Assembly: GCA_003132525.1 (NCBI GenBank)
Contig: PKXZ01000098.1
Coordinates: 38,679-75,709 of the forward strand
Source of the DNA: Candidatus Dormiibacterota bacterium
Lineage (GTDB): Bacteria > Chloroflexota > Dormibacteria > Aeolococcales > Aeolococcaceae
Length of the DNA: 37,031 bases
Reading direction: 5' to 3'
In this document: in pieces, positions 1 to 7,726 of the stretch
Numbering within the stretch: the stretch's first letter is position 1
How the letters are laid out: each line of letters begins with the position of its first letter
Position numbers and translations under genes: made by a program
Notes under the pieces: model-generated
The model's input: the letters and a program-made list of their open reading frames with translations, nothing else
Database searches by the model: none
Told to the model about the DNA's origin: nothing

Positions 1-1514
1 ACCGCGACGCACCCGGCGATGTTGGAGCCGCCGTCACGGAACGTGATCGTGCCGGTCACCGTTGGGCCGCCGGCGACGGTCGCTGTGTACTGAATGCTCT
101 GCCCGAACACCGACGGGTTCGCGCTGGAAGAGACAGTCGTCGTCGTTGTGCTGAGCACCGTCTGTGTCAGTGGCGCTGACGTGCTCGTGATGAAGTTGCC
201 GTCGCCGCTGTAGACTGCCGTGATCGTGTGCAGCCCAGCGGCCAGCGCGTTGGTCGCGCAGGTCGCGGTTCCCGCGGCTCCGAGAAGCTGAGCAGCGCAG
301 CCGGTGACGGCGACGCCGCCATCCTCGAATGCGACGCTGCCGGTGCGCGTCCCCGATGCGGGAGCAGTCGCGGTGACCGTCGCGGTGAAGGTCACCGTGA
401 CACCAGTGCTGGAAGGATTCAGCGACGACACGACCTTGGTTGTGGTGTTGCCCTGGTTGACCGTCTGCGTGAAGGGCGCCGACGTACCGGTCGCGAAGTT
501 GGCATCACCGCTGTAGATGGCAGTGATCGTGTTCGCGCCCACCGTCAGGGTGTTCGTGACGCATGTGGCTTTGCCCGAAGCCGGCACGGCCTGCGCGCTG
601 CAGCCTACGATGTCGACGCCGCCAACCTGAAACTCGACAGTCCCGGTCCGCGTCCCCGTGGCGGGTGCCGTGGCCGTGACGTTGGCGGTGAGCGTCACGT
701 TCGCGCCGGTGCTCGACGGATTTGCCGGCGAACTGAGCGCAACCGCAGTCGCGCCGAGATTCACGGTCTGGGTGAGGACAGCAGTTGTCGAACCCGTGAA
801 GTTGGCATCACCGCTATAGATACCGGTGATGGTGTGCGTTCCCGGTCCGGTGTAGGCGATTGCGCATGTGGCCGTGCCGGCGGCGGCGACGGCCTTGGCA
901 CCGCAGCCGGTGATGACGACTCCGCCATCCTCAAATGCGACGGTCCCAGTCCGCGTCCCGGCGGCGGGCGCGACCGCGGTGACCGTGGTGGTGTACGTCA
1001 CCGACTGACCGCTCACCGAAGGGTTGACGGAGGTGACCACGACTGTCGTGGTGGATCCCATGATGACCACCTGGGTCGCGGGAGTTGATGTGCTAGTCGC
1101 GTACGTCGCGTTGCCGCTGTAGACAGCGGTGACGGTCTGCGATCCGACGGCCAGGGCAGCCGTTGTGCAGGTGGCGACCCCAGCAGCGACCGCCCTGTTG
1201 ACACAACCGGTGATGTTGGTCCCACCGTCCTGAAAGGTGACTGTCCCAGTTGGCAGCGGTGCGGCCGGGGTGATCGCGGCGGTGAAGACGACCGATTGCC
1301 CCCAAACTGACGGATTGGTGAGTGAGGTCAGAGTCGTCGTCGAGGTCGACAGAGCGTGGCCGATGACGCCGCCCGACAACAGCGAGAGAGTTCCGGCCGT
1401 GAGCGCGGCACCGACCTGGCGAACGACCCTCGTGCCCCGATGGCGCGACGCGTCCACAGATCTGACCCGGCTTCCGCTGAAAGCCGTCGACTCCGGCGTG
1501 ACCCTCCCATTCAT
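1..1514 (-). CDS. Secreted bacterial Ig-like (Big_3-type) repeat surface protein, 5' part (runs off the left edge)
   Basis: Absent from the ORF track because it is truncated; translated manually. ATG at 1514, with an in-frame TGA just upstream at 1530-1532. Signal-peptide-like segment (RVVRQVGAALTAGTLSLLSGGVIGHA). Four complete and one partial ~100-aa repeats of the form TTT..S..NPSV.GQSV.FTA...TGTV.F.DGG..I.GC...ATC...H.ITAVYSGD.NF. Exact start codon uncertain. Confidence 0.85.
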   Translation of the reverse strand, partial: MNGRVTPESTAFSGSRVRSVDASRHRGTRVVRQVGAALTAGTLSLLSGGVIGHALSTSTTTLTSLTNPSVWGQSVVFTAAITPAAPLPTGTVTFQDGGTNITGCVNRAVAAGVATCTTAALAVGSQTVTAVYSGNATYATSTSTPATQVVIMGSTTTVVVTSVNPSVSGQSVTYTTTVTAVAPAAGTRTGTVAFEDGGVVITGCGAKAVAAAGTATCAIAYTGPGTHTITGIYSGDANFTGSTTAVLTQTVNLGATAVALSSPANPSSTGANVTLTANVTATAPATGTRTGTVEFQVGGVDIVGCSAQAVPASGKATCVTNTLTVGANTITAIYSGDANFATGTSAPFTQTVNQGNTTTKVVSSLNPSSTGVTVTFTATVTATAPASGTRTGSVAFEDGGVAVTGCAAQLLGAAGTATCATNALAAGLHTITAVYSGDGNFITSTSAPLTQTVLSTTTTTVSSSANPSVFGQSIQYTATVAGGPTVTGTITFRDGGSNIAGCVA

Positions 1515-1890
1515 CGCTGTGCGCCTGTCTCAGACGACCTGCAGCGCAGTCGACTTGGCGTGGATGCGCAACGCCGAAGCGCGCGCGAAACAATGGATCA
1601 ACTCCCGCAATCCGCCTCCTGGGTTCAGGGTCGAGGCGGCGCGTTCGGGAGGCAAGTGCGAGGTCCCTCTCGATCTCGGTTCCATCTGATTGCGGACAGC
1701 ATGTCGCCGGCCAACCCGTTCGGCCTGCGCGGTATCGCAGCGTTTGAACTTTCGTGACCACCGAGCGACTGTGCGTGACCTGTGCCCAACACCGCCATAG
1801 CTCGCCAGGGCGTTCGCACCTGCTGGAGGCGCCCGTCACACTCCTGCGACAACTGTCCAAGGCGGCTGAGTCCGATCGGGTATCCACGTG

Positions 1891-1970
1891 CCTCGGCTCA
1901 GATCAGCCACTCCACGCACGCAACCGCCCTGCCGGTACGGGCTGTTCGTCGCATGGGAATCGTCAGCGCG
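1891..1970 (+). repeat. Diverged copy of the leader and first six codons of the FIST gene (other copy 2671-2752)
   Basis: Manual alignment: 1891-1920 vs 2671-2700 = 25/30 identical; 1931-1970 vs 2713-2752 = 32/40 identical, including GTCGCATGGGAAT. Confidence 0.8.
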
Positions 1971-2016
1971 ACTACCATCCGCCACAGTACAGCCAGCATT
2001 GATCGTAGGAGCATCG

Positions 2017-2427
2017 ATGACTGACGCCGAGCAGCACTTCACCACCCATGCAGATGGCACGCCGACTGCCCCGGGACGTTACGTCGACGTCGCCTCGATC
2101 GAATCCGTCGAGCTCGTTCCTGGGCTCCTGTTTCGGCCGGTCCTTGGCGAGCGCACGATGCTCAACTTCGTCTCGTTCGAACCCAACACCGAGGCTCCGA
2201 TGCATGTCCACGAGGAGGAACAGATCGTCCTCGTTCTCGAGGGCGAGTTCGAGTTCGAGATCGACGGGGATGTTCGCACCATGCACGCGGGGGACGTCGC
2301 GGTGGTTCCCAGTTGGGTGCCTCACGGAGCGCGCACCCACGACACTTCATGCCGCGAGGTGGATGTCTTCAATCCACCCAGACGGACCCTTTTGGAGCAC
2401 GCACGGCGTCAGGCCACAACTGAATAA
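2017..2427 (+). CDS. Cupin domain protein (Cupin_2/KdgF-like)
   Basis: Cupin motifs PMHVHEEEQIVLVLEG and GDVAVVPSWVPHG. Start placed at ATG 2017 after AGGAG (2007-2011), not at the ORF-track start 1888. Confidence 0.85.
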   Translation: MTDAEQHFTTHADGTPTAPGRYVDVASIESVELVPGLLFRPVLGERTMLNFVSFEPNTEAPMHVHEEEQIVLVLEGEFEFEIDGDVRTMHAGDVAVVPSWVPHGARTHDTSCREVDVFNPPRRTLLEHARRQATTE

Positions 2428-2734
2428 CCGCAGCGCTCGAGGTGCGGCCGGTCGGGTCAACGTCAAAGTTGTCTGGTGACCGAGACGCATTTGCGCACGA
2501 TTAGCGAACCAGCGCATCCGCGTGCCAAAGCAGGGTAGCGCTTCAAACGACCCTCGCCGGACCCCTTGGGGCGCTCTCGGACTGACTGCCCAATGCGATC
2601 TTTTGGTCACGATTCGGTATACGGGGCTCAATCGTTCCGGCCACCCCGTAGGGTGGGGCTTATACGGCGGCCCCGGCTTGGATCAGCCGCTCCACGCCCG
2701 TATCAGGATCCAACCGATACGAGGTGCACGTCGC

Positions 2735-3943
2735 ATGGGAATAGCCAGCGCGCCGCTTGTGAATCCGGACGCCCCAGCCGCCGTCAGCGATCGTTGGATC
2801 GGCGTCGGGGCATCCAGCGCCAAGGAATCTCGTCAGGCGGGAGTCGAAGCCGCCAAAGCGGCGCTGCGAGGCGCCGATCCCAAGCTGCTCGTCGTCTTTG
2901 CTTCCCCAGTTCACGATCTCGAGGCGATGCTGGGCGGTGTCCGAGAGGTTGCGCCCACGACATCCCTGATCGGATGCACCACCGCCGGCGAGATCGCGAC
3001 CGACGGCCCGAGCGATGCCAGCGTGGTCGTGACTGCGCTGGGTGGAAGCGGCTTCACCGTGACCACAAACGTCGCGCGCGGCGCCTCCGCCGACTTGCGC
3101 CAGGCCGGTGCCACGGCAGCGGCGTGCGCTGAGAACGGACCGGCGACCGAGCACGAGGTCCTGCTCCTCCTGAGCGACGGACTCGGCGGCGACCAGCAGG
3201 AGGTTGTTCGCGGCGCGTATAGCGTCGTCGGCGGATCTGTGCCGCTGGTGGGCGGCTGCGCCGGCGACGACCTGGCCATGAAGAAGACCTTGCAGTTCTT
3301 CGACGGCGAAGTGCTAGAAGACTCCGTCGTGGCCGCAGCCATCAACTCCGATGCACCGCTCGGTATTGGCATCCAGCACGGCTGGACGCGTGTGGGCGCG
3401 CCCTTTCTGGTCACGGCGAGCAGCGGTACCCGTGTGCTCGCGCTCGATGACCGTCCGGCCCTCGATGTGTATCTCGAGCGCCTTGACGCTCCTGACGACG
3501 CTCGCACCGATCCTGCTGCCTTCACGCGTTTCGCACTGACCCATCCCTTCGGTTTGAGCCGGAGAAGCGGTGAGGAGGTGCGCTTCATCGCAGAGGCCAA
3601 CTTCGATGACCGTTCCATCGGCTGCATTGCCGAAGTTCCGCAGGGTGGCCTTGCCTGGATCATGGAAGGGGACGCGACGTCGGTGCTCGACGCGACGATC
3701 TCCGCTTGCACGCAGGCGGTGGAAGGTTTGTCGGGACACCCGCCGCTCGGTTTCCTCGCCTTCGACTGCATCGCCCGGCGGGGTGTTCTCGGCAACGAGG
3801 GAATCCAGGAGGAGGTCGCGCGGATCAAGTCGTACTCGGGCGGCGCACCAGTTGCCGGGTTCTACACGTACGGCGAGATCGCTCGCACGCACGGCGTCAG
3901 CGGCTTTCACAACCAGACCTTGGTGGTGCTCGCCTTCGGCTGA
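2735..3943 (+). CDS. Stand-alone FIST_N/FIST_C sensory protein (NosP-like)
   Basis: FIST motifs LIGCTTAGEI, LLLSDGLGGD, PLVGGCAGDD, GIQHGW, FDCIARR, GFYTYGEI and FHNQTLVVLAF. Start placed at ATG 2735 after GAGGTG (2721-2726). Confidence 0.9.
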   Translation: MGIASAPLVNPDAPAAVSDRWIGVGASSAKESRQAGVEAAKAALRGADPKLLVVFASPVHDLEAMLGGVREVAPTTSLIGCTTAGEIATDGPSDASVVVTALGGSGFTVTTNVARGASADLRQAGATAAACAENGPATEHEVLLLLSDGLGGDQQEVVRGAYSVVGGSVPLVGGCAGDDLAMKKTLQFFDGEVLEDSVVAAAINSDAPLGIGIQHGWTRVGAPFLVTASSGTRVLALDDRPALDVYLERLDAPDDARTDPAAFTRFALTHPFGLSRRSGEEVRFIAEANFDDRSIGCIAEVPQGGLAWIMEGDATSVLDATISACTQAVEGLSGHPPLGFLAFDCIARRGVLGNEGIQEEVARIKSYSGGAPVAGFYTYGEIARTHGVSGFHNQTLVVLAFG

Positions 3944-3947
3944 TCGC

Positions 3948-6287
3948 ATGAGCACGACCAACATCACGACAACACCGAGTAACTGGTCGACGCAGCAGCT
4001 GGCCGAATTCCTCGTTGCGGTCGCCGCCAGCACGGATCCACCCGCGGCGATGCGCTGCGCGATGCAATGGGCATCCGAGGTACTGGAGGCCGAGGTTGCA
4101 GCCGTTGTCACGAGTGATTCGGTGGTGGACATGATCGGCTTCCCCCGGGGGCTGGTCCCGGTCGACGCGCTGCTGGCGGCGGGACGGGAGTCGATGCACC
4201 CACTCAGCCTGCCTCGAGTCGGCGAACTGCATTCCACGCGCGTCGCCGTGGAAGAGATTGACGGGCATCTCATTGTGGCGCGCTCAGGCGACACCGGATT
4301 CCTCCCTGAAGAGGTCGCTCTGCTCCGGGCGATGGGACGAAGCCTCTCGATGACTCTTCGCACGCTGCACATGCTCGAGCAGGAGCGCTCCTTGCGCGCC
4401 GATGTCGAGATGCGCGCGCAAGAGAACCTTCGGCTGCTGACGATGGTACAGGAGCGCCAGACGGCGCTCGAACGGCTCTCAAAGATCCAGGTCTCGATCT
4501 CCCGCCGGGTTCCGCTGCCGGAAGTCCTCAATGCGGTGGCTGAGGGCGCGCACGAGTTGCTCGGCGACGAGGTGGTGGGGATCCGACTCGTGGATAACGA
4601 TGACCCCGCATTCGTCAACCTGGTTTCGTCTGTGGGTGTGTCCCACGCAATGGCCGCCGCGACCAAGCGCAGCCCATTGTCATCGGGCGCCGGCGGGCGT
4701 GCGATCCTCGAGGATCGTGTGGTCATCCTGAACGACTACAAGAGCGACTTGGGGGCAATCGACGAGTATGTGGGGGCCGATCTCCAGAGTGCACTAGCCG
4801 TGCCCATCCACGAGCACGGTCGCCCGGTAGGTAGCATCACCGTTGCGACATACCGCACGGGGCGTGAGTACAGCGACACCGACTGCGAGATGCTCGTGGC
4901 GCTGGCCCACCACGCGAGCATCGCGCTCAACGACGCCAAGGCCGTTGATCAGATGCGACACCTCGCGTATCACGACGCGCTGACGGGCCTGCCCAACCGG
5001 TCGCTCTTCTTCGAACATCTCGCCCGCGCGGTTGCCAACGCCAACCGCACCGGCGCCAGCCTCGCGGTCCTCTATCTCGACCTCGACCGCTTCAAGCTGG
5101 TAAACGACAGTCTCGGCCACAACGTGGGCGATCAGTTGCTCGAGGCAGTCGCTCAACGGCTCCGCAAGACGATACGCACCGCTGATCTGGCCGCACGCCT
5201 AGGCGGCGACGAGTTCGCGGTCCTCGCCGAAAACACCTCCATCGACGGAGCAACGCTGCTTGCCGAGCGGATCTGCAAGGCACTCGGCGATCCCTTCAGG
5301 ATCGACGGCCATGACCTTGCGGTAGCGGCGAGCGTCGGGGTCGTGGTCGACGCGGCGGGAGAGACGGACGCGGACAGTCTGCTGCGCAATGCCGACCTCG
5401 CCATGTACCGGGCCAAGCTCGACGGCGTGGGCCAGCACGCGATGTTCGAACCGGACATGCACGTGGTGGCGTCCGATCGTGCGCACATGGAGGGCAACCT
5501 GCGTCGCGCGGTCCAGCTCGAGCAGTTCGAGGTGCACTACCAGCCGATCGTCTGGCTCGCATCCGGCGAGGCGGTGGGTGTAGAGGCGCTGGTGCGCTGG
5601 CGCCGTGAGGATGGAACGCTGATTCCGCCGGCAGAGTTCATCCCGGTGGCGGAGGACATGGGCTTGATCATGCCCATTGGCCGGATCGTCATGGATACAG
5701 CGATGCGCCAGGTTCGCGAGTGGCAGCGCACGCAACCCAACGCCGCCGCATTGCACCTCAGCATCAATCTCTCGCCACGCCAGCTCTATCAACCGGGCGT
5801 GGTTGCCGAGGTGGTCGATGCGCTCAACGCCACTGGTTTCGACCCCGCACACCTGACGCTCGAGATCACGGAAACGGCCCTCATGCACGACACCAGCACA
5901 GTGAGCACGCGCCTCGAGGAACTGCGCGCCGTGGGCGCACGGATCGCGCTCGACGACTTCGGCACTGGGTACTCGTCGCTCACCTACCTTCGGAATTTCC
6001 CCATCGACGTGCTCAAGGTGGACAAGTCCTTCATCGACGACATCGCTCGCGGATCCGAGAAGGCCAACCTCGCACGCGGAATCATCGAACTGGGCAGGAC
6101 GATGCATCTCGACATTGTCGCCGAGGGAATCGAGGATGCCCTGCAGGCCACTGAGCTGGTACGTCTACGCTGCCGCATGGGACAGGGATTCTATTTCTCC
6201 AAGGCACTCCCCGCCGATGAGTTGAGCGCGTACTTGCACGCGCAACAAGGGATACGCGCCGCGAGGCTGACCATCCTCGCCGGGTAG
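3948..6287 (+). CDS. Cytoplasmic GAF-like/GAF-GGDEF-EAL diguanylate cyclase/phosphodiesterase
   Basis: ATG 4 nt after the FIST stop. GGDEF domain: HDALTGLPNR, LDLDRFKLVND, RTADLAARLGGDEF (RxxD I-site plus GGDEF). EAL domain: EALVRW, LEITE, DDFGTGYSS, KVDKSF, VAEGIE, QGFYFS. GAF features SALAVPI...GRPVGSI. Confidence 0.93.
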   Translation: MSTTNITTTPSNWSTQQLAEFLVAVAASTDPPAAMRCAMQWASEVLEAEVAAVVTSDSVVDMIGFPRGLVPVDALLAAGRESMHPLSLPRVGELHSTRVAVEEIDGHLIVARSGDTGFLPEEVALLRAMGRSLSMTLRTLHMLEQERSLRADVEMRAQENLRLLTMVQERQTALERLSKIQVSISRRVPLPEVLNAVAEGAHELLGDEVVGIRLVDNDDPAFVNLVSSVGVSHAMAAATKRSPLSSGAGGRAILEDRVVILNDYKSDLGAIDEYVGADLQSALAVPIHEHGRPVGSITVATYRTGREYSDTDCEMLVALAHHASIALNDAKAVDQMRHLAYHDALTGLPNRSLFFEHLARAVANANRTGASLAVLYLDLDRFKLVNDSLGHNVGDQLLEAVAQRLRKTIRTADLAARLGGDEFAVLAENTSIDGATLLAERICKALGDPFRIDGHDLAVAASVGVVVDAAGETDADSLLRNADLAMYRAKLDGVGQHAMFEPDMHVVASDRAHMEGNLRRAVQLEQFEVHYQPIVWLASGEAVGVEALVRWRREDGTLIPPAEFIPVAEDMGLIMPIGRIVMDTAMRQVREWQRTQPNAAALHLSINLSPRQLYQPGVVAEVVDALNATGFDPAHLTLEITETALMHDTSTVSTRLEELRAVGARIALDDFGTGYSSLTYLRNFPIDVLKVDKSFIDDIARGSEKANLARGIIELGRTMHLDIVAEGIEDALQATELVRLRCRMGQGFYFSKALPADELSAYLHAQQGIRAARLTILAG

Positions 6288-6324
6288 GCACAGAGCGCCT
6301 CTCGACAGCGCGATTGCGGGGCGG

Positions 6325-6353
6325 TTGACGGCGGTCGATGGTAGGCGCAAACT
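6325..6353 (+). promoter_or_regulatory. Putative sigma70-type promoter upstream of the beta-propeller gene
   Basis: TTGACG (6325-6330), 17-nt spacer, CAAACT (6348-6353). Confidence 0.4.
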
Positions 6354-6409
6354 GCGCGCATCCACAACGTGCGGGCTCGTGGAGATGACGGAAGGCGGAG
6401 GTGACTCAG

Positions 6410-7555
6410 GTGGCGATAAAGAAGCAAGCAGCAGCGGTGATGGCCGTGCTCGCGGCGGTGCTCCTCACCACCGGGAGGGCAGAGGCGACGAACAGCTGGA
6501 CAGTCGAGTCGACTCCCGACGCGAGCACGTACGTTAACAATCTCTTTGGAGTCTCATGCCCCACGAGCACGTACTGCATGGCTGTTGGTTCCGACCTCTC
6601 GTCAACCAAACCGATTGGATACACACTCGCCGAGCAGTGGACGGCAGGCGTGTGGTCCATCATCCCAACGCCCAGTACGCCCGGTGATCAGAGCGAGCTC
6701 GTCAGCGTCTCCTGTCGATCGGCGAAGTTCTGCATGGCGGTTGGCGACGAGCATCCCCATGGCCCTGGGGTGATCCTGGCCGAACGCTGGAACGGGAGCG
6801 TCTGGACAGCGACGGACATCACCGGCCCCATGGAATCCGGCCTCACTGCGGTCTCGTGCCCGACGGCAAGCACCTGCACGGCGGTCGGTGACTCACTCGG
6901 CACGGATGCATCGCTCATCTACCGTTGGAACGGGAGCACGTGGACGGCCCAGACCGCGGTGACGTTGCCGGACTACGAAGAAAATCAGCTGTATGGAGTG
7001 TCGTGTCCAACGACCAGCGCATGCGTGGCCGTGGGGAGCTACTTCGGCCCGTCAAGCACCTTCGTGCTGGTGGAGCGCTGGAACGGAAGTAGCTGGACGC
7101 TGCAGACCATCCCCCATCCCGCCGGCGTCAAATCCAGCCAGTTCCAGAGTGTGTCGTGTGTCTCGGCCGCGGTGTGCACGGCCGTGGGCTCGTCCGTAAC
7201 GGGCGCGAACGTCACGATCCCGCGCGCCGAACGATCAAATGGCAACACCTGGGCGCTGCAGCCCACGCCCACCCCGACTTCATCGCCCTACAACCTCAAC
7301 CTTGCAGGTGTGTCGTGTCCAACGTCGAAAGACTGCACGGCTGTCGGGTCATACAGCACGAACTCCAGCAACAACTTCGCATACGCGGAGCTGTGGAACG
7401 GCACGGCATGGGTGCTTCAGTCGGTCCCGACGCCATCGGGTGACATGGGCGCCCTGCTCTATCAATCGTCCTGCTCTGCACCAACGGCCTGCACTGGAGT
7501 TGGAACCGTGAGCACCACGTCCAGCCAGATCGTCCTCGCCGAGCGCTACTCGTGA
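6410..7555 (+). CDS. Secreted Cys/Trp repeat protein, probable 7-bladed beta-propeller
   Basis: GGAGGTG RBS then GTG 6410 (ORF track starts at 6401). Signal peptide KKQAAAVMAVLAAVLLTTGRAEA. Seven ~50-aa repeats L..VSC.....C.AVG...(L)AERWNG..W. Confidence 0.85.
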   Translation: MAIKKQAAAVMAVLAAVLLTTGRAEATNSWTVESTPDASTYVNNLFGVSCPTSTYCMAVGSDLSSTKPIGYTLAEQWTAGVWSIIPTPSTPGDQSELVSVSCRSAKFCMAVGDEHPHGPGVILAERWNGSVWTATDITGPMESGLTAVSCPTASTCTAVGDSLGTDASLIYRWNGSTWTAQTAVTLPDYEENQLYGVSCPTTSACVAVGSYFGPSSTFVLVERWNGSSWTLQTIPHPAGVKSSQFQSVSCVSAAVCTAVGSSVTGANVTIPRAERSNGNTWALQPTPTPTSSPYNLNLAGVSCPTSKDCTAVGSYSTNSSNNFAYAELWNGTAWVLQSVPTPSGDMGALLYQSSCSAPTACTGVGTVSTTSSQIVLAERYS

Positions 7556-7559
7556 CGCC

Positions 7560-7580
7560 GCGACCCTGAGGGTGGGTCGC
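7560..7580 (+). terminator. GC hairpin after the propeller gene (possible terminator or stabiliser)
   Basis: GCGACCC-N7-GGGTCGC; no U-tract. Confidence 0.25.
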
Positions 7581-7726
7581 TCCAGCCGCCCTCACGTCTG
7601 ATCCACGCGGTCGGAATCGGATCACGGCGTCGCAGAACGATCGCGGCCGGATCCGACGGGCCAGCCTGCCCTTAGCGTTCACCCCAGAACAGATCAGAGG
7701 CGGGACAACCGGGGGGTAGCCAGGGG

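Noticed and set aside
1769-1780. Minus-strand GGTCACGCACAG upstream of the left adhesin, recalling the 5' flank of a c-di-GMP-I riboswitch
   Set aside because: The conserved core (GGCAAA, GNRA-capped stem, GACGCAAAG) does not follow; treated as chance. An Infernal search of 1515-1890, 20780-21010 and 25670-25950 would settle it.
228-1887. ORF-track entries 228-1088 (+), 1093-1887 (-) and 1237-1689 (+)
   Set aside because: Shadow or alternative frames of the truncated Ig-repeat gene; Arg/Gly-rich with no motifs.
2522-3947. Long N-terminal extensions of the FIST (from 2522) and GGDEF-EAL (from 3570) ORFs
   Set aside because: Better starts exist at 2735 (RBS) and 3948 (4 nt after the FIST stop); the 3570 extension overlaps the FIST gene.
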